A stretch of 64,000 nucleotides of DNA. Origin: Mobula hypostoma (Eukaryota). Numbering within the stretch: the first letter of the stretch is position 1; each line of letters starts with the position of its first letter. The stretch spans positions 193,318,001 to 193,382,000 of the forward strand of contig NC_086097.1 in the NCBI RefSeq assembly GCF_963921235.1, read 5' to 3'. The position numbers and the translations under genes are program-made. The notes below the pieces were generated by a model. The model was not told where the DNA came from and made no database searches. It saw only the letters and a program-made list of their open reading frames with translations. This document shows, piece by piece, positions 24,031 through 37,539 of the stretch.

Positions 24031-25601
24031 ACACTGCAGCTCTAATGACACACTGTCAACTCCAGTAGCCAAATTATGTTTGACACCAAACTCCCAATAT
24101 AGAAGACTCAGTATCTTGAACCCTGTCATATAAAGGCATATCAGCTGGGTGGAGGAAAAGATTAATGGAAGTTCATAAAGCCTCCTTGAGAAAATATAAC
24201 ATCCCCACTTGACTCTGGAAAATTCTGGTCTTGTGACTGATAAAAGTGGAAAAGGAACATTTGTGTTGGCACAGGACCATGTAAGGGAAGCCCCAGTGAA
24301 AAGTGAAGGAGAAGCATTAAAGTACCAAAGTTACCCACTCGTCCATCCCATCAAACATCTCCTGACCCACCTGGGGGGGTGGTTTCTGCAAGAACCAGAT
24401 TGACCTCATCAGAAATCTCAGTACTCTGAGATTTGGGGTGCAAAGAAGTTATCCTTGGCTCTAACGCACTGCCTAAGAAGATGATTCTGGAGAGGTTACT
24501 GACTGATCACATTTGTTATGTATACGTAATAACATCTATTAGTCAGTGCATGTCTAGGGTAATTTATTGGGGGAAAAGCTGGAATAAGAAGGTTCAAATT
24601 AATTTATTTATCATATGTACATTGAAACATACAGTGAAATGCATCATTTGCTTAACAACCAACTCAAACAAAGGATGTGCTGGAAGCAGCCCCCAAAGTC
24701 AGATGACTTCGAAATTCTAGGCAGATCATGCATTTACAGCCAAGAACTTCCCTACACAGCATGGAAGACTGTCCTTGAAATAGTTGCTTGCCACAGAGAA
24801 GAGATTATTTAGAGCTCTCAAGGAATGCAAGTACTGAACAAAAAATCTGAAGAAAATGTCACTGGTTGCTACTGAAGCATAACCCTAACTTGCTGTTACT
24901 GAAGATTCTGTCCTTGATGATTTGTTCCATTGAAAGCACTCTTGAAAGCATAGTTAATTATTCATCAATTTAGACTAAAAACACTGTCTCATGTATTTGA
25001 ATTTTACTACCTGTCAACACAATGTTAGTCTTCTCATTCTAGCCTCACAGTTTCCATGATTTGGGGCCATATGCTGGGCTTAACCAATTCACAGACAAAA
25101 TAGAATGGGCACTGTTCACTCAATGACAGAGTATATCCTTATAAATACCTTTCAGATTAAAACACCATTTACACTTCAGAGGATTTATCAAACAGAAAAT
25201 AAGTTTTGTTGCTCACATTGCATAAAATGTTTTCAAACTGCAGGAATATCTTGTCCTGATATATCGGACACTTTTTATTTATGACCTTCTTTTTGAAAAT
25301 CATCAAATAACAATACACCACGTCTTAGCTGGCACAAGGTGAAAGACTGTAAACTGTAAAATGTTTAAAATAATACATTTATGAATGTAGGACCAGATTT
25401 TAAAACAGTCAGCCAGCCTAGGAAGGGGGGACACCAAAACAGTACATACAGTATATAAGTGTCATGGATTAAATGCCTTTCATTTATGGACTATTGCTTA
25501 AACATCATAGCTTGCTTCAGTTTTCTCCCCCAAAGCAGAAAGATTAAAAATACAGACTTCCACTCTGCAGTGAGAGAAGTTATATTCAACAGCCTTGTCC
25601 A

Positions 25602-27232
25602 AGAATCAGAATCAGGTTTATTATCACTGGCATGTGTCGCGAAATATGTTAAATTTGCAGCAACAGTTCAATGCAGTCAACAGGAATTCTGCAGATGCTG
25701 GAAATTCAAGCAACACACATCAAAGTTGCTGGTGAACGCAGCAGGCCAGGCAGCATCTATAGGAAGAGGTACAGTCGACGTTTCAGGCCGAGACCCTTCA
25801 TCAGGACTAACTGAAGGAAGAGTGAGTAAGAGATTTGAAAGTTGGAGGGGGAGGGGGAGATCCAAAATGATAGGAGAAGACAGGCGGGGAGGGATGGAGC
25901 CAAGAGCTGGACAGGTGATTGGCAAAAGGGATATGAGAGGATCACGGGACAGGAGGTCCGGGAAGAAAGACAGGGGCGGGGGGGAACCCAGAGGATGGGC
26001 AAGGGACAGAGGGAGAAAAAGGAGAGAGAGAGAAAGAACATGTGTATAAAAATAAATAACAGATGGGGTACGAGGGGGAGGTGGGGCATTAGCGGAAGTT
26101 AGAGAAGTCGATGTTCATGCCATCAGGTTGGAGGCTACCCAGACGGAATATAAGGTGTTGGTCCTCCAACCTGAGTGTGGCTATCACCTATCACCTGTCC
26201 AGCTCTTGGCTCCTTCCCTCCCCCTCCTGTCTTCTCCTATCATTTTGCATCTCCCCCTCCCCCTCCAACTTTCAAATCTCTTACTCACTCTTCCTTCAGT
26301 TAGTCCTGACGAAGGGTCTCGGCCTGAAACGTCGACTGTACCTCTTCCTAGAGATGCTGCCTGGCCTGCTGCGTTCACCAGCAATTTTGATGTCTGTTAG
26401 TTCAATCCAGTACATAATATAGAAGAAAAATATATAAATAAATCAATCACAATATATGTATATTGAATAGATAAAAAATCATGCAGAAAGCAGAAATAAT
26501 ATGTATTTAAAAAGTAAGGCAGTATTTTTAGGTTCAATGTCCATTTAGGAATCAGATGGCAGAGGGGAAGAAGCTGTTCCTGAATCACTGAGTGTGTGCC
26601 TTCAGTCTTCTGTACATGAGGGTAACAGTGAAAAAAGGGCATGCCCTGGGTGTTGGAGGTCCTTAATAATGGACTCTGCCTTTCTGAGACACTGCTCCTT
26701 GAAGATGTCCTGGGTACTTTGTAGGCTAGTACCCAAGATGGAGCTGACCAAATTTACAACCCTCCGCAGCTTCTTTTGGTCCTGTGCAGTAGCACCACCC
26801 CCCCCACCCACCGTACCAGAGAGTGATGCAGCCTGTCAGAATGCTCTCCACAGTACATCTATAGAAGTTTTTGAGTGTATTTGTTGACATACCAAATCTC
26901 TTCAAAATCCTAACAAAGTATAGTCATTGTCTTGCCTTCCTTATATTTGTATCAATATGTTGGGACCAGGTTAGATCCTCAGAGATCATGACACCCAAGA
27001 ACTTGAAGCTGCTTGTTCTCTCCACTTCTGATCTCTCTATGAGGATTGGTATGTTGTCTTTCGTCCTATCCTTCCTGAAGTCCACAATCAGCTCTTTCGT
27101 CTTACTGACGTTGAGTGTAAGGTTGTTGCTGTGACACCACTCAACTAGCTGGTATATCCCACTCCTGTACACCCTCTCATCTCCATCTTAGACTCTACCA
27201 ACAATGGTTGCATCATCAGCAAATTTATAGAT
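25602..27232 (-). mobile_element. Rex1/Babar LINE 3' half, interrupted by Penelope
   Basis: WCHSNNLTLNVSKTKELIVDFRK, FKFLGVMISEDLTWSQH and HPGHALFSLLPS, with a (gattct)n tail at about 25602. Confidence 0.85.
25678..26398. mobile_element. Penelope-like fold-back insertion
   Basis: Inverted arm (25678-26182) plus sense arm (26187-26393). TSD agttcaat(g/c)cagt at 25665-25677 and 26399-26411. Confidence 0.85.
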
Positions 27233-27499
27233 GGAGAAAATCAGTAAACTTATAGAAAGAGAATTCCTGGGTTAGGAAAAGTTTATCTCACTTTGATATG
27301 GCAACTCATGAGCAGCTTTTAATTGGTGGTGGAAAGAAAAAAAAATCATTGGAATTTCTGGCTGATGATTCCATCTCTGCAGACTCATTCCACTTTTCTA
27401 GATCAGGTTCATTAGGAGTTATGGACACGCCTATTTCCAGAGCAGGCACCAGAGTAAAGTTCTCTGTGCAGGAAACTTGCTACGATAGCATCCTTTTCT

Positions 27500-29740
27500 A
27501 AATTCCAGTGAGTACAAGCACAGAGCCATCAAATTTTCCTTGTATGATAACCCTTTCATTCCCAAAATCATCCTTGTGAAACTCATTTCAATCCTCTCCG
27601 ATTCCTGCACATCTTTTCTTGGATTCTATGCGACACTGTGCCATTTATAAACTTTTTTCATCCAATCTGGATTATTATTTGCAAGTGTAGTCACTTTATA
27701 ATGGTAATAGTCTATGGCAATGAAGAAAGTGCATTAAATAATGATAAATTCAATATTTATATCATACAGCTGAACACGATGGAGGAATGCTCTAAAAAGC
27801 TACAAATTCCCCCTCTTGGGATTCAGCTCCAATCAGACTTTCCCAATCTACCTGTATACTGAAATCCCCCATGAGAATCATAACATTGCCCCTTTGACAT
27901 GCATTTTCTGTCTCCCATTGTAATTTGTAGCCCTCATCATGTTTCAGAGGCCTGTATATAACTCCTATCAGGGTCTTTTTATCCTTGCGGTCTCTTAACT
28001 CTGCCTACAAGGATTCTTTATCTTCCGATCCTATGCCACCCCTTTCCAAGGATTTACTTTCATTTTTTAGCAACAGAGCCACCTACCTCTGCTTACCTGT
28101 CTGTCCTTTGGATACATTGTGTATCTTTGGATGTTAAGCTCCAACTATAATCTTCTTTCAGCCATGACTCAGCAATGGCCACAACATATACTTGTCAACC
28201 TCTAACTGTCCCACAAGATCAGCTATAGTACCTTGTTCCGTATACTGCATGCATTCAAATATAACACCTTCACTCGTGTATTGTTCACTATTTTTGATTT
28301 TGGCCCCCTGTTATGCTACAACTTATCCCACTGACTGCAGTTTTGTCCTACCGGCTGCCTGTCCTTTCTCACAGCCTCACTACACACTGCATCTACTGTG
28401 CACCAAATGCCCCATCCTCAGCCCTATCACTCCAGTTCCCATCCCCCTGCCAAATTAGTTTAAACCCTCCCCAACAGTTCTAGCCCATAAGACTATTGAT
28501 CCCACTCGGGTTCAGGGGTAACCAATCCTTTATGTGTAGGTCATACCATCCTTAGAAGAGATCTCAATGATCCAGAAATCAGAAACCCTGCCCCTTGGGC
28601 CAATTATTCAGCCACGCGTTCATCTGCCAAATCATCCTATTCTTACCCTCACTAGCACATAGCACAGGCATCAATCCAGAGAATGCTACCCTGGAGGTCC
28701 TGCTTTACAGCATGCTGCCTAATTCCCTATATTCTTTCTTCAGGATCTCATTCCTTTTCCTTTCTAAGTCGTTGATACCAATACGTACCACAACATCCGG
28801 CTATTCACACTCCCTCCTTAGAATGCCACAGACCCGACCTGAGACATTCCTGACTCTGGCAACAGAGGCAATATACCATTCATCTGTCTCTTTCACGTCC
28901 ACAGAATCTGCTTTCTGCTCCTCTAATTATGGAATTCGTTACCACTACTGCAATCCTCTTCTTTCCCTTTCCTTCTGAACAACAGAGCCAGATTCAGTGC
29001 CAGAGACCTGGTCACTGGAGCTTCCTCTTGGTATGTCATCACCCCCCCACCCCCACCACCCCAATAGTATCCAAACCCCCTCCTGTCTTCTCCTATCATT
29101 TTGGATCTCCCCCTCCCCCTCCCACTTTCAAATCTCTCAGTAGCTCTTCCTTCAGTTAGTCCTGACGAAGGGTCTCGGTCTGAAACATTGACTGTACCTC
29201 TTCCTAGAGATGCTGCCTGGCCTGCTGCGTTCACCAGCAACTTTGATGTGTGTTGCTTGAGTATCCAAAGTGGTATAGTTATTATTCAGGGGAATGGCCA
29301 CAGGGGTACTCTGCACAAGCGACCTATTCCCTTTCCAGGTACCTGTCTCTTGAAATTTAGGGGTGACTACCTCCCTGTAGCTCTAATCTACCACCTCTTC
29401 CTTTTACCATATGAGCTGAGGGTCATCCACCTGCGGCTCCAGTTCCTTACCACCGTCTCTAAGGAGCTGTAACTCAATGCACTTTGTGCAGATGTAGCTA
29501 TCAGGGAGACTGGAGGTCTCATGCATGGAACATATCACTACCATTCTCAGTGCACTGGCTATGTACTAACAGAAAAAAAATCCTGACTAGAAACTCTTAT
29601 TTACTTACTCAGAACCTCACAGTGCTTGCCTAGGCCTGTTGAGCCAAAGCCGGACCACTCCAACAATGACAGCTCTGCTTACACCTCCCTTCCTTTTATT
29701 GGCCTCGCACTAATTTCAGCCCTCCAAAAGAAACTTGAAA
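27500..29740 (-). mobile_element. Degenerate CR1 (ORF1 and endonuclease region)
   Basis: Reverse complement resembles the CR1 5' region at 21950-23030 and the endonuclease region at 41900-42100 (e.g. MGDF from aaatcccccatg). Confidence 0.65.
29076..29259 (+). mobile_element. Short Penelope 3'-end insertion (184 bp) retaining the hammerhead motif
   Basis: Matches 40453-40635. Flanked by 10-bp TSD agtatccaaa (29066-29075 and 29260-29269). Confidence 0.85.
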
Positions 29741-31841
29741 GTTCCTGAACTCTTTTGAAACTTTGTGCTGCGTTACCAACCTCTCACACTGATTTCAGCC
29801 CTCTATTATGTCACCTCTCATCCTCTTTTGCTCCAAAGAATGAAGCCCTAGCTTGCTCAGCCTGTCCTTCTAAGACATGCTCTCCAATCAACTTTCAACA
29901 TTACCTCACAGCTCTTGAAATCAAACCCTGACTAGTGAAGGCCAACACAGCCTGCACCTTTTATACACTCACAAATTGTGCAGCAACTTCCTAAACCTTA
30001 AGAAAGCTTCTTTCTTCCTCTTGATTAGTTGTTCCACTTCACTTGTCAACCTTAGTTTCTTCATCCTACCACCCTTTCCTTATATCAATGGACAAACCTA
30101 TCCAGAACCCCCTGCAAGTGCTCCCTAAAAAGTGTTCATATTTCAGTTATACATTGGTTCCCACTGGCTCCATATTACAATTCCCCTTCTGTTAATTAAA
30201 TATTCTTCTGAATGTTCAGCTGACTTGAAGCTGGCTTTCTGTCTGTTGTCATTGGGGCCACTTTACATTTGACAAAATGGGCATTATTAATGCATGAGTA
30301 CTTAACTGTTACATGGCCACTAAAAGCTTCACAGCCATTTCTGATTCTGTTCCACCCAATAGCAATATAAATGCGTTTCAGAAATGCCTTCTAAACAGGG
30401 TCTGAATCGGAATCTGAATCACTTCATTGCCAGTATGTGAAACTGGCATTGAAACCGCAATCACTTCATTGTGGTTCGGTGCCAAACATGCAACACAGGA
30501 CAAAACCATAACAGACAATCAACAATAGCAACAAACAATTTACAAGACAATAGTGCAAACAGACATGAGCAATCAACAATTAGCAGAATGGTCACATGTG
30601 CAAATGTCAAACTTAAATAAATGTGAATGTATGAACAGACTCAGTAATTATCATCAGAACAAGGAGAGCAGGAAAGACCATTTAACGGATTTTTTTTTAT
30701 TAAGTACAATCGTGAACAATAGCCAGATCAAAAATGATGATCAAGTCAACTAGTTCCCAAAGAGAACTCTGATAGGCCAATCAGATGGTTCACTGCTGCT
30801 CAGCGAGAGAACACAAAAAAAATCATACGTACAATTAAGAAACATTAAAAAATAGTAGAAATACTGGAGTCATGATGATCATGATGAAGTCTGCTGGAGA
30901 GAGACATTTATATACATGCTGTCCTCCATAATTCAAAGAGATTGAAGGATAAGGTTGCAGGGTGACAAAGCATGGCAGGAGCACTTGGAACTAAAAACTA
31001 ATCCCTACCAGGAGAAAACAGCACCTGTTGTGCAGCAATAATTAGGGTATTACACCTGAGTGAGTTTTGTTGAGAAACTGAGTAGCTACAGGAAAGAAGC
31101 TTCAGGGATGATGTGTAGTCATGGTGGTGATGGAGTTGTTGCTAAAGTTGGTGGAGTCAGCAGAAATCTTTTCACCTCTTTTCTTCACTCTAGTGATGAA
31201 CAGGTCTTTTGATGTCAGTAGCTGACAGCCGACGATCTTCTCTACTGTGTGGACCACTCGCTGCCACCTGGATTTGGAGAAGGAGGAAGTGACAGGAAAC
31301 CAAACGGTGATAGAGGTGGTTACAACACTCTCAATCCTGAGTAAAAATTAATCAGAATATGCCCTGAGATGTTATATTTCCTAAGCTGGCACAGGAAGAA
31401 CAATCTCTGCTGGACTTTGCGAATGATGAGCATAATGTGCTTGTCCCCCTCCAATGTATTGGTAATGATAGTCCCCAGGAATTTGAACAACTTGAGCACA
31501 GGTACGGTATAACCATTAATTCGATGTCAGCAGGTCAACCTCATTTCTACTGTCTTGATAGCATTAAGCTCCAAGTTTCCAAGTTGTTATGAGCACACCA
31601 TTCTGCAAGAAGGTCCACCTCTCTTTGATAGCAGGTCACATCATTATTAAAGATGAGTCATGTCATTCACAAACTTTAGGCAGGAGAGGCAGCAGGGTTG
31701 TGTTGGCTTAGCAACCCAAGTCAGAGCTGTGTGCAGAACTAGGAGACAGAACAAAATGTTGATATTGCTCTTACTTCTGGGAACTCCTTGTTCAGAGTTG
31801 GGAACCATAAGCTGGTCAAATACATGGCTTTAAGAAATATA

Positions 31842-33300
31842 GAAACATAGAAACATAGAAAATAGGTGCAGGAGTAGGCCATTCGGCCCTTCGAGCCTGC
31901 ACCGCCATTTATTATGATCATGGCTGATCATCCAACTCAGAACCCAGCCTTCCCTCCATACCCCGTGACCCCTGTAGCCACAAGGGCCATATCTAACTTC
32001 CTTTTAAACATAGCTAATGAACTGGCCTCAACAGTTTGCTGTGGCAGAGAATTCCACAGATTCACCACTCTCTGTGTGAAGAAGTTTTTCCTAACGTCGG
32101 TCCTAAAAGGCTTCCCCTCTATCCTCAAACTGTGACCCCTCGTTCTAGACCTCCCCAACATCGGGAACAATCTTCCCGCATCTAGCCTGTCCAATCCCTT
32201 TAGGATCTTATACGTTTCAATCAGATCCCCCCTCAATCTTCTAAATTCCAACGAGTACAAGCCCAGTTCATCCAGTCTTTCTTCATATGAAAGACCTGCC
32301 ATCCCAGGAATCAATCTGGTGAACCTTCTTTGTACTCCCTCTATGGCAAGGATGTCTTTCCTCAGATTAGGGGACCAAAACTGCACACAATACTCCAGGT
32401 GTGGTCTCACCAAGGCCTTGTACAACTGCAGTAGTACCTCCCTGCTCCTGTACTCGAATCCTCTCGCTATAAATGCCAGCATACCGTTCGCCTTTTTCAC
32501 CGCCTGCTGTACCTGCATGCCCACTTTCAATGACTGGTGTATAATGACACCCAGGTCTCGTTGCACCTCCCCTTTTCCTAATCGGCCACCATTCAGATAA
32601 TAATCTGTTTTCCTATTTTTGCCACCAAAGTGGATAACTTCACATTTATCCACATTAAATTGCATCTGCCATGAGTTTGCCCACTCACCCAACCTATCCA
32701 AGTCACCCTGCATCCTCTTAGCATCCTCCTCACTGCTAACACTGCCACCCAGCTTCGTGTCATCCGCAAACTTGGAGATGCTGCATTTAATTCCCTCATC
32801 CAAGTCATTAATATATATTGTAAACAACTGGGGTCCCAGCACTGAGCCTTGCGGTACCCCACTAGTCACCGCCTGCCATTCTGAAAAGGTCCCGTTTATT
32901 CCCACTCTTTGCTTCCTGTCTGCTAACCAATTCTCCACCCACACCAATACCTTACCCCCAATACCATGTGCTTTAAGTTTGCACACTAATCTCCTGTGTG
33001 GGACCTTGTCAAAAGCCTTTTGAAAATCCAAATATACCACATCCACTGGTTCTCCCCTATCCACTCTACTAGTTACATCCTCAAAAAATTCTATGAGATT
33101 CGTCAGACATGATTTTCCTTTCACAAATCCATGCTGACTTTGTCCGATCATTTCACCGCTTTCCAAATGTGCTGTTATCACATCCTTGATAACTGACTCC
33201 AGCAGTTTCCCCACCACCGACGTTAGGCTAACCGGCCTATAATTCCCCGGTTTCTCTCTCCCTCCTTTTTTAAAAAGTGGGGTTACATTAGCCACCCTCC
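31842..33300 (-). mobile_element. Young 5'-truncated CR1 LINE with an uninterrupted 452-aa ORF2 RT portion (31937-33295)
   Basis: PGNYRPVSLTSVVGK, YLDFQKAFDKVPH, GVPQGSVLGP, KFADDTK and RPHLEYC are all in one open frame. 3' tail (TTTCTATG)n. Possible TSD aaatata (31835-31841 and 33301-33307). Confidence 0.95.
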
Positions 33301-33334
33301 AAATATATTGATTACAATAATATGCAATACATTT

Positions 33335-34240
33335 GGAGTATTGTGAGCAGTTTTGGGTGCCATATTTGAGAGTGGATGTTCTAGTATTAGGGAGGATCTA
33401 GAGGAGATTTATGAGAATGATCCTTGGAATGAAATACAAACATAGTTAAGTAAAGAGTAGTGTTTGGTGGCTCTCGGTTTGTTCTCACTTGAGTTTAGAT
33501 GAATGAGGATGAATCCCATTGAAACCTATTGAATATTGAAAGGCCCGGATAGAGTCATAGAGTCGTAGAAAACTACAGGCCCATTTATCCATGCCAAACC
33601 ATTTAACCTGCCTAGTCCTATTGACTAAAGATAGTCTATATCGACTATATCGCCTATCCTAAAGATAGTCCAGAACCAGAGGCCACAGTTTCAGAATAAG
33701 GGGTAGACAATTTAGAACGGAGTTGAGGAAAAACTTTTTCACACAGAGGGTTGTGGATCTGTGGAATGCTCTGCCTCAGAAGGCAGTGGAGGCCAATTCT
33801 CTGGATTCTTTTCAAGAAAGAGTTAGATAGAGCTCTTAAAGATAGAGGAGTGAAGGGATATGGGGAGGAGGCAGGAACAGGGTACTGATTGTGGATGATC
33901 AGCCTTAATCACAGTGAATGGCAGTGCTGGCTCAAAGGGCCAAATGGCCTTCTCCTGCACCTATTGTCTATTGTCTATTGACCCCCACCTGAACCATAGC
34001 TCCTCATATCCCTTCCATCCATGTACCTATCTAAACTTTTCTTTGACAGGAGGTGGAGAGGATGTCTCCTGTAGTGGGGAATCTAGGACCAGAGGGCACA
34101 GCTCAGAATTCAAGGAAATCCCTTTAGAATAGAGATAAAGAGGAATCTCTTTAGCCAGATGGTGGTGAATTTGTGGAATTCATCACCACAGATGGCTACG
34201 GAGGACCAATAATTGGGTATATTTAAAATGGAGCTTGCAA
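33335..34240 (+). mobile_element. Triple-nested CR1 3' fragments
   Basis: An outer + fragment, a minus-strand tail at about 33554-34045, and an inner + fragment at about 33670-33975 bounded by ctattgac duplicates. Confidence 0.65.
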
Positions 34241-34249
34241 GGAACTTTC

Positions 34250-35020
34250 AGACTAATCTAGTGGTGTTTAGTATTGTGGCTTTCTGAAGATATATATAGA
34301 TATTACTGTACAGCCCTAATTGTTTAATGCTGTTGTGTAGTGCCTATGGGATGATATCAGTTGTAATATTACTGTCAGGACAATGTATGCCTTGTTCATG
34401 TTCCAAAATCTTTCAATTTCCTCTTTTAATTCAGCATATTTCTGGTGTTTTTCACTTACTGATTTCTGGAAGTTATGTGTGCTTGGAATAACTATTTCTG
34501 TTAAATAAGTTGTTCTTGCTGGTTTATCCTGTATTATTATAACCAGACAGTTATTCTGGATTGTCTGAACTGTAATAACTGATCGGCTGTAATATAAATT
34601 GCGGTTTTCTGACTCTAAAACTGGAATAGGCTTGTATTTATGGTAAGGTGTGATTTCTTTTATGAGTTTGTATTTTAAAGCAAGCTTTTGATGAATGATG
34701 TTTGCCACTTGATTGTGCCTGTATAAGTAATCAGATTGTGTTAAACTGCTGCAGGATCCTGTAATGTGTTGGATTATTTTGGTTTCTCTTGGCATTTTCT
34801 ACATTTATCATTTTGAATTTGTTTGTCTTTTTATTATGTATTTTCGATACATTTTGTGTTAACCACCTGGTCCTGTATTGTCACAAGGAAAGCTTCTGTT
34901 TCTGGGAAGATGTCTCCAACGCTGAGCCAGGCGTTCGACGCTTCCTTATCAACATCTAGTCTACTCAGATCATGGAGATGTCTTTCATGGAGGGTCATGC
35001 TCTTATTATTATTATTTCTT
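34250..35020 (-). mobile_element. R4/Dong-type non-LTR element fragment (CCHC and restriction-like endonuclease region)
   Basis: ETEAFLVTIQDQVVNTK and IQHITGSC...YLYRHNQVANIIHQKLALKYKL...VIPSTHN...EKHQKYAEL. Confidence 0.75.
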
Positions 35021-35079
35021 TCATTTTGTATTTCCACAGTTTGTTGTATTTTAAACACTGGTTTTGATGGCGGCACACC

Positions 35080-35499
35080 TGGTTCTCATCAAGACCTGCA
35101 GCACAAAAACCCTGGCTTTGCATCCACTCGTTGCCAGATCGTTGTTTTAACCAGTGTGGTGATTAACATTCCTGCCGCTTAGGATTGTGTATTCTAAGTT
35201 TTACTTCAGTACCGAGGTTACCTGCATAACTCTGTCCCTCCGTGTCAAGATAACTATTCTAAGTTTTACTTCAGTACCAAGGTTTACCTGTGTAACTCTG
35301 TCTCTCCGTATCAAGAAAAGTATTGTCTACTGCTTGCCTTTCTACGCTCCGCGTCAAGATAAGTTCTGCATGCCTCCTGCTTTCCTGTTCACCCTCCGGT
35401 TTACCATTCAGCTCCAGCCACTCTCACGCCCTTGTCTGCATCCGAACTCAATCTCCGTGCCGGTGTCCTGCATTTGGGTTCGCCCTGTTCCTTGCAACA
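35080..35499 (+). mobile_element. Probable LTR fragment with 65-bp internal tandem repeats
   Basis: tattctaagttttacttcagtacc...tcaaga repeats at 35190 and 35255, with a decayed third copy at about 35321. Ends ctgcatttgggttc...gcaaca like fish Gypsy LTRs. No TSD found. Confidence 0.45.
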
Positions 35500-35652
35500 T
35501 TATAATGAGTCAACCTATAGCTGGGGAAGTGATGATCCCCTACTGTTAGACTGTTTGAGGTAACTTATTTTTTATTCTTTCTTACTTCTCCTCTAATATT
35601 TGTATATCTGTGTACTTGTGATGTTACTATGACATTGTAATTTCCTTTAGGA

Positions 35653-36861
35653 CAGGGGTCCCCAATCTTTTTTGCACTGCGGACCGATTTAATATTGAAA
35701 GTATTCTTGCGGACCGGCTGACCGGGTGGGGCGGGGGGGGGGTAGTGTTGCCAACGGACAAGAGTAGCAGTCAAATACGTGGTGTTTACCCAAGAAGACT
35801 ACAATGACCATGAAGCCTTGCGTGGGCACCAGTGCACATGCGTGCCCTGCGCATGCGTGTACCTGCCGATTTTTTTTTCCTGCAAATCGTTTTTGGTGCT
35901 TATGTTCGGGGGGGGGGTGTTAAACACAACCAGAATATAGGTGATCAGTAGCTAATACACTCAATTTCGTTTCAAAAAGGGTTTATCTAATGAATTTAAT
36001 ATTAAACACACAGCGCATATTTTCCTTGCATGAATATAGTGGTAAGTCAATTATCAGGGGAGGACAGGGGTGCTTGAAGTAAGTGTTGAACGAACTTCCA
36101 GAAGAAGTGGCAGAAGCAGGTTCGATATTATCATTTAAAGAAAAATTGGATAGGTATATGGACAGGAAAGGAATGGAAGGTTATGGGCTGAGTGCAGGTC
36201 GGTGGGACTAGGTAAGAGTAGCGTTCGGCACGGACTAGAAGGGCAGAGATGGCCTGTTTCCGTGCTGTAATCATTATATGGATATATAAGTAAGTCAATA
36301 GCATCATAATATTTTAAGTAACGTTTGGATATTAAACACACAGCACATATTTTCCCCGTATGAACATGTAAAATTATTGCAACACACCAAAATCGCTGAA
36401 TCAGTGGGAGCCCTGGGCGTGTTTTCCTGCAACAAGACAGTCCTATCGAGGGGTGACGGGAGACAGTGATACTCGAAGGGGGTTCCTTATGTCCAGTCTA
36501 TTCCGCAATTTAGTATTTGTTGCATTCATTATAGAAAACTCTGCTTCGCAGAAAAATGTTGGAAATAGAAGCAACGTTTTCAGTGCTTTCGTGGCTACCT
36601 CAGGATATTAAGCCTTGACTTTGATCCAGAGTGCTGGCAGAGGTGTTCTGTCAAACATATTTTTCATCCCGCCATCATTTGCAAGCTCGAGAAGTTGATC
36701 TCCTTCCCGCGCTGACATGGATGATGCGCGGGTAATGACCTTGCATGCGTAATGGCTCAACAGTGGCCATGATAGGGAATGAGAAAAGGTGCAGCTGACT
36801 CATATCGTTTCCTTGCGGCCCGGTAGCTCATGCTTTGCGGCCCGGTGGTTGGGGACCGCTG
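35653..36861 (-). mobile_element. hAT-Charlie/Buster-type non-autonomous DNA transposon with transposase dimerisation-domain remnant
   Basis: TIRs CAGGGGTCCCCAA and TTGGGGACCGCTG. The minus strand at about 36487-36630 reads, across small indels, WIKVKA.YPEVATKALKTLLLFPT.FCEAEFSIMNATNTKLRNRLDI. Confidence 0.85.
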
Positions 36862-37539
36862 ATAAAGTTGCCATCTATCTATACTTTTCTGTGATTCTGT
36901 GACCAGCTCAAATTCGAGATTCTCTAGTAGCCAAAAGTGTGTATGGAGGAGTGGTAACACACAAGAGATTGAGGCCAGATAGTATAGATAGACTGCAGGA
37001 ATCAAAAAGGGATCATTATATCTGGGATCATGTTCTGGGAGAGTAGCACTGCAGTAGGAGAATGAGCTTTTATAAGAGTGTCAAAATTTGCAGCCTGCAC
37101 TTGCTCTGTGCAACGTGTGGTGTTAGACCTTCACTTGTAACAGCAGCCTCACAGATAAATATTTCATCTGGTTGTATATCATGAATGACTCTCCTAACCC
37201 GGCTCATTTGTGCACTTTGCTTAAGAGCTTCTGATATTTCTTCTCCAATGTAAAACTACATCAAGAAAAAAATATATGCAGTAACAATTCTGTTAAACAT
37301 TGTAGTACTGTATACAATGTTTGTAAGTGTATGTAAGGTAATTTTATGCATAATATACTGTAAGTAATCTTGAAGTTCCTGAGGTCTCCAAGAAAATTAA
37401 ATTATGTAGTTATTAAAAGGTCCAGAACAGTGTCTCACAGACCACTTCCCAACACAACAGATAACACGGACAGTCAAAACAACCAGTGCTTATTGGGCCC
37501 AGGAGGATAAACAGCAAAACTTTGGCGTTTGATAGCATT

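Noticed and set aside
24080..24560. Possible L1/Tx1 fragment or exon
   Set aside because: Too degenerate; no motif or splice structure I can support.
31937..33295. 452-aa ORF as a host or domesticated RT gene
   Set aside because: It starts mid-ORF2 at a truncation point and ends in a CR1 3' UTR and microsatellite tail, so it is simply a young LINE copy.
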